From positions 3,744,001 to 3,808,000 of the forward strand of contig CAXXLQ010000004.1 in the NCBI GenBank assembly GCA_963668695.2: a stretch of DNA of 64,000 bases. Reading direction: 5' to 3'. A model generated the notes under the pieces. The model ran no database searches, had not been told where the DNA came from, and worked only from the letters and a program-made list of their open reading frames with translations. The stretch comes from Vicinamibacteria bacterium. Its GTDB lineage: Bacteria; Acidobacteriota; Vicinamibacteria; Marinacidobacterales; Marinacidobacteraceae. Position numbers and translations under genes: made by a program. Below, piece by piece: positions 49,960 through 60,417 of this stretch (position 1 is its first letter; each line of letters begins with the position of its first letter).

Positions 49960-51051
49960 CTAGTCGCTACCGCTCCGGCGGTGGTTTTCGAGCGCGCTCT
50001 GGAGGTGCGAGGCCGCCTTGCGTGCCGCCGCGATGCGGCGGCGAGCTTCAGCGGCCGGCAAGGGCGCCAAGACTTGCCCCACCCTCCTCGCGCGGTCGGC
50101 TACCGCCGGGGAGGCCGCGGCGGCAAAGACGGCGGACCCGAGGCAGCGTCGCAGGGATGGCGGCAGGCCGCGCGGGGCCGCGACGATCCTTCCAACCTGC
50201 GCCAGCGTCTGGAGGGCCCGGGCGTGCTCGCGCGAAGACGACGGATCCCGGAGCCACTCCGGACGATTCTCGATGACGGAGTCGGGGCCGCTCAGCCCGG
50301 GCACCCGCTCCTCCCCTGGCGCCGAGTCTCCCCCCTGGGTCATCCGCAACAACGGAACCAATCCCGGCACACGGGCTATGTTGTGCTCGTCAAACATGCC
50401 GCCGTCGATTTCGCCTCGCCGAATCGCCGCGAGCGTCGCGCTGGACCCTTGGTATCCCGCCACCAGACGCGTTTCGATGTCGAAGATCTCGCCGAAGAGC
50501 ACCGCCATCAGCGTGGAAGTTGCCATCGTCCCATATCGGCCGAGCACCAGTGGCTTGCGTCTTTGCAAAACCTCTTCGAAAGTCCGGACCCCGAGGCGCC
50601 TCCCCACGGCCAAGGTGAAGCGATGGTCGCGGAGGCGCGTCAACACATCGAAGTCGCGCACCAGATCCAGCGCATGGCCCGGACTGGTATAGGGGAGCAC
50701 CAGCAACCCCGACCCGTTCAAGAGCCCGATCGTACGACCGTCGGGCCGGGCGCGTGACAGCCGGTGAGCGCCCACCAGTCCCCCGGCGCCGGGAATGTTC
50801 TCGACCACCACCTCAGCGCCGAGAGCCGCCTCCAGTTCCGGTTCGAGCAGGCGCGACAACCGGTTGTACGAGCCGCCCGGCGGGGCTCCCACGAGCCATC
50901 GGATCCGCTCGCCCTCGAGTACCGGGCAGGCGCCGCGCGCCGGCGCGCCGCGCGAATCCCGGCCGGCCACGAGCGCGCCGCAGCCGGCGGCGAGGCGCGC
51001 GAGGACGGCGCGACGGGTGGTCCGGGGCCGCTCACCCCCGCGAGATTCCAT
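49960..51051 (-). CDS. tctC: Tripartite tricarboxylate transporter substrate-binding protein TctC (Tat signal)
   Basis: TRRAVL twin-arginine motif, PGGSY, VENIPGAGG, ARPDG.TI, YQGS...RGEIDG. Confidence 0.85.
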   Translation of the reverse strand: MESRGGERPRTTRRAVLARLAAGCGALVAGRDSRGAPARGACPVLEGERIRWLVGAPPGGSYNRLSRLLEPELEAALGAEVVVENIPGAGGLVGAHRLSRARPDGRTIGLLNGSGLLVLPYTSPGHALDLVRDFDVLTRLRDHRFTLAVGRRLGVRTFEEVLQRRKPLVLGRYGTMATSTLMAVLFGEIFDIETRLVAGYQGSSATLAAIRRGEIDGGMFDEHNIARVPGLVPLLRMTQGGDSAPGEERVPGLSGPDSVIENRPEWLRDPSSSREHARALQTLAQVGRIVAAPRGLPPSLRRCLGSAVFAAAASPAVADRARRVGQVLAPLPAAEARRRIAAARKAASHLQSALENHRRSGSD

Positions 51052-51188
51052 GGGCCCTCGCCTCCCCGGCGTGAACCGCCCGACCACTCGGCCGTCTCGC
51101 CGGCGGCGTCTTCGAGCCAGTCATCCCAAGCTTCCCACCCCAAATTTGGCCCCAACGACCAATTTGAGGATCATACAACCGGATCGCA

Positions 51189-53408
51189 ATGCGTTCGCTC
51201 GCGCTTGAACTTGTCGCCGACCTGCGATCCTCGAAGCTGACGGCCGCCCTCGCTATCGGGCTCTTTACGGCGCTCCGCCGTGTCGTTTCGGCGCTGTCGC
51301 AAGCCGCGATCATCTTTTCGGGACCGCTCGCGGCTTACGTGGTGCAAGGTGCCGGACCGCTGCTGTTCGGCGCGTGCGCCCTCTCGGTGACTACCGCGCT
51401 CTTGGGAGGCTTTCGCGGAGCGATCTCAGCGCCGACCTCCGCCCCGGCCGCCGCAATGTTCACCATCGGGATCGTGGTCGGGCCCGAGCTGGCGCAGTCG
51501 CCGGACGTGGCGTTCGTCACCATGCTGGCGATCATGGGTCTTTCCTCGGTGGCCACGGCGGTCTGCTTCCTCCTGATCGGGAGGTTCCGGCTGGCGAATC
51601 TATTCCGCTTCATCCCTTATCCGGTAACCGGAGGATTCCTCGCCGGCCTGGGATGGTCCATGGTCACGGGGGGTGTCACGGCGATGTGCGGCATCGTGCC
51701 GCGCTGGGAGACCCTTCCCCTGCTCTTCGACACCAATATCCTCCTCCGTTGGGCGCCGGGAGTTGTTATCGGCCTCATTCTGCTCTTCGTCACGAAACGT
51801 TGGCGGCATTTCCTGATCTTCCCGGCGGTGGTGGTGCTCGTGACCGCGTCGTACCACGTGGTGCTGTATTCGCTCGGCATGTCCGTGGCGGAGTCCGGCG
51901 AAGCCGGCCTTCTGGTTGCCGGAATTCCGTCCGGGGCGCTTTGGCCCCCGGTCGCGCTCGGCGATCTGGCCCTCGTGGATTGGGGGGTCGTGGTGTCCCA
52001 GATTCCCGGAGTGTTGGGAGTCGTTTTGATCATGTTGGTGTATTTGGTGTTCACGGTTGGGACCGTGGAGGCCGGTACGGGGGTCGAGATGGATCTGAAC
52101 CGCGAGTTCCGCGCGGCAGGCCTGGGTTGCCTGATTGCCGGACTCGGAGGAAGTACCCCCGGTTGCGCCACTACCGGGCGCGCCCTGGTCAGCTACCTGG
52201 CCGGAGCCAACACCCGATGGACCGGAATCATCACCGGGCTCGCGGTGGGGGCGGTGATGGTCCTCGGCGGTGGCGTCCTGAACATCTTCCCGATGGCGCT
52301 GATTGGAGGGCTGATGGTTTTCGTCGGGGTCCGCCTGCTGCGTGACTGGCTGCTCAGCGCGCCGCGACGGCTGCCACGAGCGGACTTCGCCGCCGTCCTG
52401 CTGATCGCCTGCATCGTCGGCGCCGTCGGGTTCCTCGAAGGCCTTGCCGTGGGTCTGGTCGTCACCGTGATTTTCTTCGTCGTACGGTTCAGCGGCGTCG
52501 AAGTCGTTGGCGACTCGTTCACCGGCGAGGATCGCCACAGCAGGAGGATCCGCCCGGTCACCCACCGCGCCATCCTGCGGAACGAGGGAAAGCGAGTCCG
52601 TGCGTACAGTCTGCGCGGTTACCTTTTTTTCGGTAGCGCCTCCTCGCTGGGGGATCGGCTCAAGAACGCCTTGAAATCCGAACCGGCGCCGAAGTGCCTG
52701 TTGCTGGACTTCGGCGACGTGACCGGCTTCGATGTCTCGGCCATCAACGCGTTCTGCCGGGTGGTCCGGTTGGCGCGTGACACGCACACGCGCATCGTGC
52801 TCAGCGCCGCGACGGAAGCGTTCCGTTCCAGTATGCGGCGGAACCTCCCCGAGCGCTCCTCCGGGGACCTGTCCTGGGAGAGGGACCTGGATCACGGATT
52901 GGAGCGGTGCGAAGAGATCCTGATCGGGGAATGGACCCGAACTCACTCCGCGGTTGAGGAGCGGCGGGAGGCGCTTCTGGGACTGTCGTTTGACGAGGCC
53001 CTTCGCCAACTGGAACGCCAGGCCGCCTTCGAGGTGCTGGTCGATCGGTTGGAGCCCTGGTTGGAGGCCCGGACCTACGCCGCCGGCGAGAGCCTGGTGG
53101 TGCGTGGCGAGAGGCAGGAGGGTGTGCAGCTTCTGACCAGCGGCCGGGCGGTTGCGCGCTCGGATGACGACGAGACGCGCCTCCAGGAGTACGGACCCGG
53201 TGATGCGATCACTCCCCAGGCGGCTTTCGGCGATCATGTCGCCGAAACCTCGGTCGAAGCCGAAATCCCCTCCCGCACGGCGCTGATGACCGCAGCCGCG
53301 CGCCGCTCGCTGGAGGGGCAGGATCTCGCCCTGGCCCTGGCGATGGACAAGCACCTGATCGAGGCCATCCTGAAGCGGCCGGCCGGCGTTCCCGGCGCCG
53401 GGCGCTAA
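51189..53408 (+). CDS. SulP-family anion transporter with STAS and cNMP-binding domains
   Basis: RFIPYPVTGGFLAG, DLNREF, LRGYLFFGSA, LLDF..VTGFDVSA and a C-terminal cNMP-binding fold. Confidence 0.9.
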   Translation: MRSLALELVADLRSSKLTAALAIGLFTALRRVVSALSQAAIIFSGPLAAYVVQGAGPLLFGACALSVTTALLGGFRGAISAPTSAPAAAMFTIGIVVGPELAQSPDVAFVTMLAIMGLSSVATAVCFLLIGRFRLANLFRFIPYPVTGGFLAGLGWSMVTGGVTAMCGIVPRWETLPLLFDTNILLRWAPGVVIGLILLFVTKRWRHFLIFPAVVVLVTASYHVVLYSLGMSVAESGEAGLLVAGIPSGALWPPVALGDLALVDWGVVVSQIPGVLGVVLIMLVYLVFTVGTVEAGTGVEMDLNREFRAAGLGCLIAGLGGSTPGCATTGRALVSYLAGANTRWTGIITGLAVGAVMVLGGGVLNIFPMALIGGLMVFVGVRLLRDWLLSAPRRLPRADFAAVLLIACIVGAVGFLEGLAVGLVVTVIFFVVRFSGVEVVGDSFTGEDRHSRRIRPVTHRAILRNEGKRVRAYSLRGYLFFGSASSLGDRLKNALKSEPAPKCLLLDFGDVTGFDVSAINAFCRVVRLARDTHTRIVLSAATEAFRSSMRRNLPERSSGDLSWERDLDHGLERCEEILIGEWTRTHSAVEERREALLGLSFDEALRQLERQAAFEVLVDRLEPWLEARTYAAGESLVVRGERQEGVQLLTSGRAVARSDDDETRLQEYGPGDAITPQAAFGDHVAETSVEAEIPSRTALMTAAARRSLEGQDLALALAMDKHLIEAILKRPAGVPGAGR

Positions 53409-53642
53409 CCAGGCGAGGCGCCAAGGATCCAATTCCAAAGGCGGTAGCCGCCGGCCGGTTACGGAGTGAGAGCCATCGGCCTTGGGACGAGGCTTCTCGC
53501 CCGGATGGCGCCGCGGGTACGGGAACGCCGGACCTCACAGGTCGGCAACCGCCCGCCGAAGGTGGTCGAGATGCGCGACGTTGCGCGACGTCGTGTCGCC
53601 TCCTGCGCCGCAGCAAGAGCTCCCAGGTATCAGATATCCGGG

Positions 53643-54023
53643 CTACGCCTCGAGCACGCTGACCTCGTACTGCCGAATTCGGGAATCCCGGGTGACGAGG
53701 ATCAGGCCTTCCAGCTGCGCCTGGGCAATCAGAAACCGGTCGAAGGGGTTCCGGTGGTGCACTGGCAGCTTTCCTGCGTGCTCGGCATGACGGAAGGTCA
53801 GTGGCAAGTGCGAAAACCTCCGTTCCTCAACCGCCGACGCCAGGTCCGGCGGCGCTCGCAGGTCACCCTTTTCCCGTTTGACCGTGATTTCCCACGCCGT
53901 CACCGCGCTGACGAAGACGTCGTTCCGCGGATCAACGATCGCGGCCCGAGCACTCTCTCGTAGCCGCTTCACATCGGACAGCGCCCATACGAAGGCGTGA
54001 GTGTCCAGCAGCAAACGGGCCAC
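53643..54023 (-). CDS. VapC PIN-domain toxin
   Basis: LLLDTHAFVW, VSAVTAWEI..K, HHRNPFDRFLIAQA, LVTRD. Confidence 0.93.
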   Translation of the reverse strand: MARLLLDTHAFVWALSDVKRLRESARAAIVDPRNDVFVSAVTAWEITVKREKGDLRAPPDLASAVEERRFSHLPLTFRHAEHAGKLPVHHRNPFDRFLIAQAQLEGLILVTRDSRIRQYEVSVLEA

Positions 54024-54025
54024 GG

Positions 54026-54277
54026 TCAGCCTTCATCCGGGAAGATCTTCGAGTTTTCGATCTCCTCCTCGAGTTCCGGGATGGGATCGTCAAAGTTCGG
54101 AGACATCCAGATCCGCCCCTCATAGCCTCCCAGCTTCCGCTCCTCCCGGCGCTCCCGGTAAGGCTCAAGCCGCAGATACGGCTCTCCCGCCCTGGCGATC
54201 ACGACTTCCTCTCCCTCCCAAGCCAGACGCCCCAACCGGGAGAGTTGGGACTTGGCCTCGTGCATGTTTACCTTCAT
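54026..54277 (-). CDS. Phd/YefM family antitoxin
   Basis: VNMHEAKSQLSRL...GEEVVIARAGEP...RL.P...DDPIP. Confidence 0.92.
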   Translation of the reverse strand: MKVNMHEAKSQLSRLGRLAWEGEEVVIARAGEPYLRLEPYRERREERKLGGYEGRIWMSPNFDDPIPELEEEIENSKIFPDEG

Positions 54278-54287
54278 GGACGGATTC

Positions 54288-54307
54288 CTTAGCTAAGCTA
54301 GCCTAAG
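54288..54307. promoter_or_regulatory. Putative Phd operator/promoter
   Basis: Palindrome CTTAGCTAAG plus a related CTAGCCTAAG, 10-30 bp upstream of the antitoxin ATG. Confidence 0.45.
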
Positions 54308-54359
54308 TCTTGCACAGGATTTCCGTCGCATCAAGTCGGTCAACCCCAGGGGAAATGTG

Positions 54360-54554
54360 CGCGGGGTCGCCCGGCGGCAGGTGCAGACACGAGTCATGGA
54401 TCACCGACTATCGGTCACCGCCTCGGCGGGCCGCAGGACGGCGAGGCCATCGGTTCCCCCGGCCACGTACGGTTGGGCCAGCACCTGCCGCAGAGTGTCC
54501 TCCTCGTTGTTCCAGTCGATGACGATGCCGCGGCCCTCCTGCTCCAGGACCACG
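54360..54554 (-). repeat. Second scar of the D-aminoacylase 3' region
   Basis: 54360-54446 is a diverged copy of 47377-47463, joined directly to 54447-54554, which matches 63734-63841. Confidence 0.85.
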
Positions 54555-54633
54555 GGAATCCAGACCGCCAGACCCGTAACTTCAACAATCATCGAAAGAT
54601 ACATTCTGAGACCCTTTGACGTAACGTCCGGGT

Positions 54634-55911
54634 CTAGCCTGAATCCGTCGCCAACTCCTCTCGTGCATCCACCAGCGGGCGTGGATCGTCGGGGATGGTC
54701 CCGGGGGGAACCACCTCCACGACCGGCCGGATCTTCACCGCCTCCTGGATGCGCCCGGCCAGCCCGGCAGTGTCGACCACGCGGCCGGGTACCGCCTCGA
54801 CCCGCACGGTGAAGACGTCCCGCGCGCCTTCGGCGGACACCACCGCCTGGTAGCGCGCCACGGCCGGGTCGAGCCCCAGGGCCCCAGCCACCTCGCGTGG
54901 GTGCACGAACATTCCCCGCACCTTCACCCCCTCCCCCACCCTGCCCAGGAAGCCCGCCAGGCGGGGGTCGGGGCGGCCGCAGGGGCAGCGCGCGCGCTTC
55001 CAGGCGGAAAGGTCGCCGGTGCCGAAGCGCACCAGCGGGTAGACGTCGTTCGGGCTGGTGACCACCACCTGCCCCGTCGCCCCCTCTGCGGCCGGGCGGT
55101 CGTCTCCGGGCACCAGCACCTCGACCACCACCTGCGGTGCGACGTGCCATCCGTCCTTCTCGGCGCACTCGTACCCTAGCAACCCCGTGTCGGCTGCCGC
55201 GTAGGCCTGGTAGACGTCCACCCCGAAGCTGTCCTGGAGGCGGGCGCGTAGCGAAGGCGGCAGCGGCGCGCCCGACACCAGCGCGCGTTTGAACCCAAGA
55301 GCTTGGCCCGACTCCTCCGCCCGCTCGAGCAGGGTCAGGAGGAACTGGGGGGTGCCGGTGTACGCGGTCGCACCCACGGCACGGGCCGCCTCGATCTGGG
55401 CGGCGGCCGCGCCCACACCTCCCGAAATCACCACGCACCCGGCGGCACGCAGTCCCCCGTCAAGCATCAAGCCGCCCGGCGTCAGGTGGTACGAGAAGCT
55501 GTTGAGCACCACCTCGCCGGGACGGAAGCCAGCCACCTCGAGAGCCGCGCCCAAGCGCCAGAAGTCCGCGCCGGTCCCCTGCGGGTCGTTGATCGGCCCC
55601 GGCGAGCGATAGATGCGCGCGAGCGATCGGAGAGACACCGCAAGCATCCCCCCCAGGGGCGGATCGGCGGCCTGAAGCGCGGGCAGTTCGTCCTTGGTCA
55701 GAACCGGAATCGCCCGCAGATCGGCGACGCCGCCCACATCCTCCGGCGCAACCCCGGCCCGCGCGAGCCGCCGTCCGATCTCGCGGCTGTGCTCCGCCCC
55801 GTATGAGACCGCGCGAGCCGCGACCAGGTCCTGAAGCGCGCTCCAGTCCTCGGACGCCTTCCGCAGGGAGCCGCCGCCTGATGACGCTCGCGCTCCCCTT
55901 ACGACAGCCAC
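54634..55911 (-). CDS. Phenylacetate-CoA ligase-like (PaaK family) AMP-forming enzyme; start uncertain
   Basis: IPVLTKDEL, SPGPI, FSYHLTPGG, GTPQFL, PLVRFGTGDLS, GRVG..VKVRGMFVHP. Confidence 0.85.
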   Translation of the reverse strand: MAVVRGARASSGGGSLRKASEDWSALQDLVAARAVSYGAEHSREIGRRLARAGVAPEDVGGVADLRAIPVLTKDELPALQAADPPLGGMLAVSLRSLARIYRSPGPINDPQGTGADFWRLGAALEVAGFRPGEVVLNSFSYHLTPGGLMLDGGLRAAGCVVISGGVGAAAAQIEAARAVGATAYTGTPQFLLTLLERAEESGQALGFKRALVSGAPLPPSLRARLQDSFGVDVYQAYAAADTGLLGYECAEKDGWHVAPQVVVEVLVPGDDRPAAEGATGQVVVTSPNDVYPLVRFGTGDLSAWKRARCPCGRPDPRLAGFLGRVGEGVKVRGMFVHPREVAGALGLDPAVARYQAVVSAEGARDVFTVRVEAVPGRVVDTAGLAGRIQEAVKIRPVVEVVPPGTIPDDPRPLVDAREELATDSG

Positions 55912-56765
55912 CGCTTCCGCCGCCGATAGTGCTTCACGTCCCGGTACGACCGGCGTCCCCCATCGCCCAGTCCCAAATAGAACTCCTTCACGTCCTCGTT
56001 GGCCGAGAGCTCCTCCGCGTCGCCCTCGAGCACCACCCGTCCCCCCTCCATGATGTACCCGTAGTCGGCTACCGACAGGGCGATGCGGGCGTTTTGTTCT
56101 ACCAGGAGGATCGTGGTGCCCTCCTCGCGGTTGATGCGCTGTAAGGTTTCGAAGATCCTTTCCACGAGCCTCGGGGCCAGCCCGAGCGACGGCTCGTCGA
56201 GCAGCATCATCCGCGGGGAGGCCATAAGCGCCCGGCCCAGCGCCAGCATCTGCTGCTCGCCGCCGGAGAGGTAGCCCGCCAGCTGTCCCCGACGCTCCGC
56301 GAGCGCCGGAAAGTAGTGGTACACCTTGTCCGTTTCGGCCTCGACGGCGCGCCGGGTGCCGCGCGTGTATCCCCCCGCGAGCAGGTTCTCGCGCACGGTC
56401 AGATGCTCGAAGACCCGCCGACCCTCCAGGACCTGGAAGATGCCCTTCTCCACGATGCGGTGGGCGTCCATCCCCTGGATCTCCTCGCCGTCGAAGACGA
56501 TGGTCCCGTCCCTGACCTCGCCATCCTCCACGTAGAGCAACCCGGAGCTGGCCTTGAGGGTCGTGGTCTTGCCCGCGCCGTTAGAGCCGAGCAGGGCCGC
56601 GATCTGTCCTTCGGCCACCCGCAGCGACAACCCCCGCAGCACGAGGATCACATCATCGTAGAGAACCTCGATGTTGTTGAGGCTCAGGAGCGGTGTCGCG
56701 TCCGCGCCCGGCTGGCCATTCGGGGCTCCCGGGACGGCTTCCCCGCCGGCGGAGACATCCGTCAT
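55899..56765 (-). CDS. HAAT-family (LivF-like) ABC ATP-binding protein
   Basis: GSNGAGKTT, LSGGEQQM, LLDEPSLGL, LLVEQN. Confidence 0.93.
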   Translation of the reverse strand: MTDVSAGGEAVPGAPNGQPGADATPLLSLNNIEVLYDDVILVLRGLSLRVAEGQIAALLGSNGAGKTTTLKASSGLLYVEDGEVRDGTIVFDGEEIQGMDAHRIVEKGIFQVLEGRRVFEHLTVRENLLAGGYTRGTRRAVEAETDKVYHYFPALAERRGQLAGYLSGGEQQMLALGRALMASPRMMLLDEPSLGLAPRLVERIFETLQRINREEGTTILLVEQNARIALSVADYGYIMEGGRVVLEGDAEELSANEDVKEFYLGLGDGGRRSYRDVKHYRRRKRWLS

Positions 56766-58102
56766 CGCGGCGCCTGGACGAAGTCCGTGAACGGCACCCA
56801 CATCCCTCCCTCGACCCGGAAGATGCGGAGCCCCTTCGACCCGCGGTGATCCGTGGGAGTGAAGGTCACGGGCGCGGTGACCCCCCCCATGTCGTAGTCG
56901 GACAACGTCTCCAGGGCAGACTTGATATTCGCCCCGGTGAAATCCTCGCCCGCAGCGAGCACCCGCCGCATGCCCTCGGCGAACGCCGCGAAGGTCCACC
57001 ATCCCTGCGTGTACGCGTTGGTCTTCCCCTCGGGGGATTCGCCCTTCGATTCCAGATACTCCCGGATGACGCGCGTTCCCGGCACGTCCACGCTCAGGGG
57101 CGCGTACGGCATCGTCCCCATGACACCCTCGGCCGCGTCGCCGGCTAACCGGATCACCTGGGCGTTGGAACACCAGTTCAGACAGAAGAAGGTGACGTCC
57201 AGCCCCAGACTGCGCGCGTTCTTGAGAGCCACCGCCGCCGGCCCCGAAGTGTTCTGAAAGACGACGTATTGTGCGCCACTCTGGCGGATGCGCGAGAACT
57301 CGGCGGTGAAGTCGACCGCCCCGCGGGGCATTTCGTAGAGGGTCAGGTCGATGCCCAGCGCCTCTGCGAACTCCGCCCCGCCATGCCGCGCCGGCGACAG
57401 CCCGAAGGGACTCGCGTGGTGCATCAGCGCGACGACGGGCGTCCCCTCGCCGTGGTTCTCGGCGATCCATTCGAGGGCGATGCGAAACTGGTCGCTGTAG
57501 GTCGTGGCCAGCAGGAAATTGTAGGGAGCCTCCGCCGGGTCGCCCAGGCGATGCGAGAGGGACGCGGAACTGAACGGGATCTCGTCCTCGGCGATGCGCA
57601 ACCGCAGGGCCTCGGTGTCGCCCGTGCCCCATCCCATGAAGATCACCGCGCCCTCGCCGACGAACTGGCTGTACAGCTGCTCGGCGCGGTCGACCTGGTA
57701 GCCGTAGTCCTGGTAGATGAGGTCGATCGGGCGCCCCTCGATGCCGCCCTGACTGTTGATCCAGTCGGCGAAGCCGCGCACGCCGTCGCCGTAGTCGGTC
57801 CCGACGTCGGCCGTGGGTCCGGTAAGGTCGAAGATCGCGCCGACCTTGATGCTGTTGTCGTCCGACTCCGCGCCGCCGCCACCGCAGCCGACGCACAGGG
57901 ACATGGTGGCGCCGAGCGCGACCGCCCCGTCCATCCGCGCCCGCACGCGACGGCCGATGCTCCGAGCCGCAATCGCGGTGCCCATCCTCGCCCGCTGACG
58001 CCTAGAGGTCACGCGAAGGGCCGCCGCCACCAGGCGATTCCGCATGCCTGTCGTGTCACTCATCTCTTTTTTTGATCCTTCACTCATCTTGCTCGTCTTC
58101 AC
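56762..58102 (-). CDS. HAAT-family ABC substrate-binding lipoprotein (start probably downstream of 58102)
   Basis: Lipobox CVGC, IKVGAIFDLTGPTA, GWGTGDTE; periplasmic type 1 fold. Confidence 0.88.
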   Translation of the reverse strand: MKTSKMSEGSKKEMSDTTGMRNRLVAAALRVTSRRQRARMGTAIAARSIGRRVRARMDGAVALGATMSLCVGCGGGGAESDDNSIKVGAIFDLTGPTADVGTDYGDGVRGFADWINSQGGIEGRPIDLIYQDYGYQVDRAEQLYSQFVGEGAVIFMGWGTGDTEALRLRIAEDEIPFSSASLSHRLGDPAEAPYNFLLATTYSDQFRIALEWIAENHGEGTPVVALMHHASPFGLSPARHGGAEFAEALGIDLTLYEMPRGAVDFTAEFSRIRQSGAQYVVFQNTSGPAAVALKNARSLGLDVTFFCLNWCSNAQVIRLAGDAAEGVMGTMPYAPLSVDVPGTRVIREYLESKGESPEGKTNAYTQGWWTFAAFAEGMRRVLAAGEDFTGANIKSALETLSDYDMGGVTAPVTFTPTDHRGSKGLRIFRVEGGMWVPFTDFVQAPR

Positions 58103-58114
58103 TCATCGCGCTCT

Positions 58115-59188
58115 TCAGCCGGCCCGGCTCTCGCCGCGCCGGTACGCAAACGGCCACATATGAAAGTAGTCTTTTGCGTTCTCCCATAGTTTGGACAGTC
58201 CCCGGGGCTCGAAGATCAGGAAGAGGATAATCACGACCCCGAACACGGCCTGCTGCGCATAGGGGAGGAGGGACGCCGCCTGGGGCGCGATATCCTGGAT
58301 GGTCCGGCCCAGGTTGGCGATCATCGCCGGGAGCAGCGTGATCAGCGCCGCCCCCAGGAACGATCCTCGGATCGAGCCCAAGCCTCCCACGATGATCATC
58401 GCCAGAAAGACAATGCTGGTGCTTAGCGTGAAGCGCTCCCAGGTGATGATGTTGCGGTAGAAGGCGATCATCGCCCCGGCGAGCCCCACGAAGAACGATG
58501 AAGTCGCGAAGGCCAGCAGCTTGGTGCGGAAGACGTCCACCCCGATGACGCTCGCCGCGGTGTCCTGGTCGCGCACGGCCTCGAAGGCGCGTCCGATGCG
58601 GCTGCGGAAGAGGTTGGCCGCGAAGAGCGCGGTTCCGGCTGCCGTGAGCACCGCGAGCCAGTAGAAGTTGAAGTTGCTGTTCAGGCCCAGGCCGAAAAGA
58701 CGTGGCGCGGGCAGAACGATCGCCTCGGTACCGCCCGTCACCGCGGTCCAGTGGGTCATGCCCCACTCCACGATCTCCTGGGCGGCAAGCGTGGCGATGG
58801 CCAGGTAGAGCCCTTTGAGCCGGAGCGACGGGAGCCCGAAGAAGGTGCCCGCGGCGGCGGTGACAATGCAGGCGCAGAACACGCTCGCGCCCCAGGGGAC
58901 GCCGAAGTTCAGGGTCAGGAGTCCCGCGGTGTATGCCCCGATCGCCATGAAGGCGCCCTGCCCGAGGGAGATCTGCCCGGTGTAGCCCACGAGGATGTTC
59001 AAGCCGATTGCCCCCACCGTGGCAATGGCCACCTGGTTCGCCAGATCTAACCAGTAGGGACTGGCCACGAACGGAAACACGAGTACGAAGAGGGCGAAGA
59101 CCCCCAGCCGGATGCGCTGGGCGGGCCGCGGGCGGAGACCCATGTCCGACTCGTAGCGCGTGTGGAAGACGCCGCACTCCATGCTCAT
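58115..59188 (-). CDS. HAAT-family ABC permease (LivM-like)
   Basis: GYTGQISLGQGAF, LRLKGLYLAIATLA, GRAF.AVRD, IVGGLGS. Confidence 0.93.
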   Translation of the reverse strand: MSMECGVFHTRYESDMGLRPRPAQRIRLGVFALFVLVFPFVASPYWLDLANQVAIATVGAIGLNILVGYTGQISLGQGAFMAIGAYTAGLLTLNFGVPWGASVFCACIVTAAAGTFFGLPSLRLKGLYLAIATLAAQEIVEWGMTHWTAVTGGTEAIVLPAPRLFGLGLNSNFNFYWLAVLTAAGTALFAANLFRSRIGRAFEAVRDQDTAASVIGVDVFRTKLLAFATSSFFVGLAGAMIAFYRNIITWERFTLSTSIVFLAMIIVGGLGSIRGSFLGAALITLLPAMIANLGRTIQDIAPQAASLLPYAQQAVFGVVIILFLIFEPRGLSKLWENAKDYFHMWPFAYRRGESRAG

Positions 59189-59285
59189 CGGGATGTCCTC
59201 GCGCCCCTCGGGCGCTCCCCGGCTGCGACCGCGATGCGCCTACATCGGGTGAGCGCCGCCCGTCGGTCGATGCTCTGCGCTGTCC

Positions 59286-60158
59286 TCATACCCGTTCGAT
59301 GATCTCCTTTCCGAAGAGGCCGTAGGGCCGGATCATGAGCACCAGGATCAAGACCAGGTACGGGACCACCAGGTTGAGTCCGTGCCCCACGTAGAAGCCG
59401 ATGTAGACCTCGAGCAGCCCGATGATGGCGCCCCCGACCAACGCCCCCGCAATCGAGTCCAGCCCTCCGAGGATCACCACGGGAAAGACCCGCAGACCGA
59501 TGGATGCCACGTTGGGGCTCACTCCCACGATGTTGCCGAGCATGATCCCGCCGATCGCGGCGGAGGCGGCCGCCAGCCCCCAGGCAACTCCAAAGACGCG
59601 TGGGATGCTGATCCCCATGCTGAGCGCCGCCTGCTGGTCGTCGGCGATGGCGCGCATGGCGATGCCGTCCCGGGTGTAGCGGAAGAAGAGCCCCAGCCCC
59701 GCCAGCACCGCGAGGGCGATGGGAATGGAGAGCACTCGCCCGGTCGAGAGCGTCGCGGGCCCGAGCACGATGTCGCCAGCGGGCAGAAACGAGTCGAACG
59801 CGCGCGGATTCGGGCCCCAGATGGCGTTGATGGCCCCCCTGAGGACGGACGAGAGCCCGATCGTCACCATGATCATGGAGATGATGGGCTCGCCCACCAG
59901 GGGACGCAGCACCAACCGCTCGACGGCGAGCGCCACGGCGACCGCGAGGAGCAGCGTCACCAGCACCCCGAGGCTCCAGGGCAGGCCGGACTGGGTCACC
60001 GCGAAGAAGATCAGGTAGGTCCCCAGCAGGAGCAGGTCTCCCTGGGCGAAGTTGATGACATCGCTCGCCTTGTAGATGACCACGAAGCCGGCCGCCGCCA
60101 GCGCGTAGATCATCCCGGTGCTGAGTCCGGATACCGTCAGCTGGAGAAATATGTCCAT
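59286..60158 (-). CDS. HAAT-family ABC permease (LivH-like)
   Basis: Start MDIFLQL. GMIYAL, INFAQG, GIAMRA, ILGGLDS, RPYGLFG. Confidence 0.93.
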   Translation of the reverse strand: MDIFLQLTVSGLSTGMIYALAAAGFVVIYKASDVINFAQGDLLLLGTYLIFFAVTQSGLPWSLGVLVTLLLAVAVALAVERLVLRPLVGEPIISMIMVTIGLSSVLRGAINAIWGPNPRAFDSFLPAGDIVLGPATLSTGRVLSIPIALAVLAGLGLFFRYTRDGIAMRAIADDQQAALSMGISIPRVFGVAWGLAAASAAIGGIMLGNIVGVSPNVASIGLRVFPVVILGGLDSIAGALVGGAIIGLLEVYIGFYVGHGLNLVVPYLVLILVLMIRPYGLFGKEIIERV

Positions 60159-60220
60159 GCTCAGCGGCCTCGAGCTCGCCCAAACGGTTCGCCGTATGCG
60201 ATGCGGCGGTTCGTCATCAA

Positions 60221-60417
60221 CAGCCTTTGGAGAAAGTGGCGTGAGCACCGAGAACGGCGAGGCGCCTGGCTGACAAGGCGCGTGAGGGAGGAATACCGAG
60301 TGTATTCCGACCGAAACGCAACGATGAGGGCCGCGCAGCGCCAGTTCTCCCGGTGGGGGGCCGTTTCAGCCGGGATGCATCGCCGTTCGAATGCCGCGTG
60401 ACTTTCTCCACAGGCTG
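60221..60417 (+). mobile_element. MITE family A, copy 4 (197 bp)
   Basis: CAGCCTTTGG...CCACAGGCTG flanked by TCAA/TTAA, with shared core GGCTGACAAGGCGCGTGAGGGAGGAATACCG. Confidence 0.85.
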
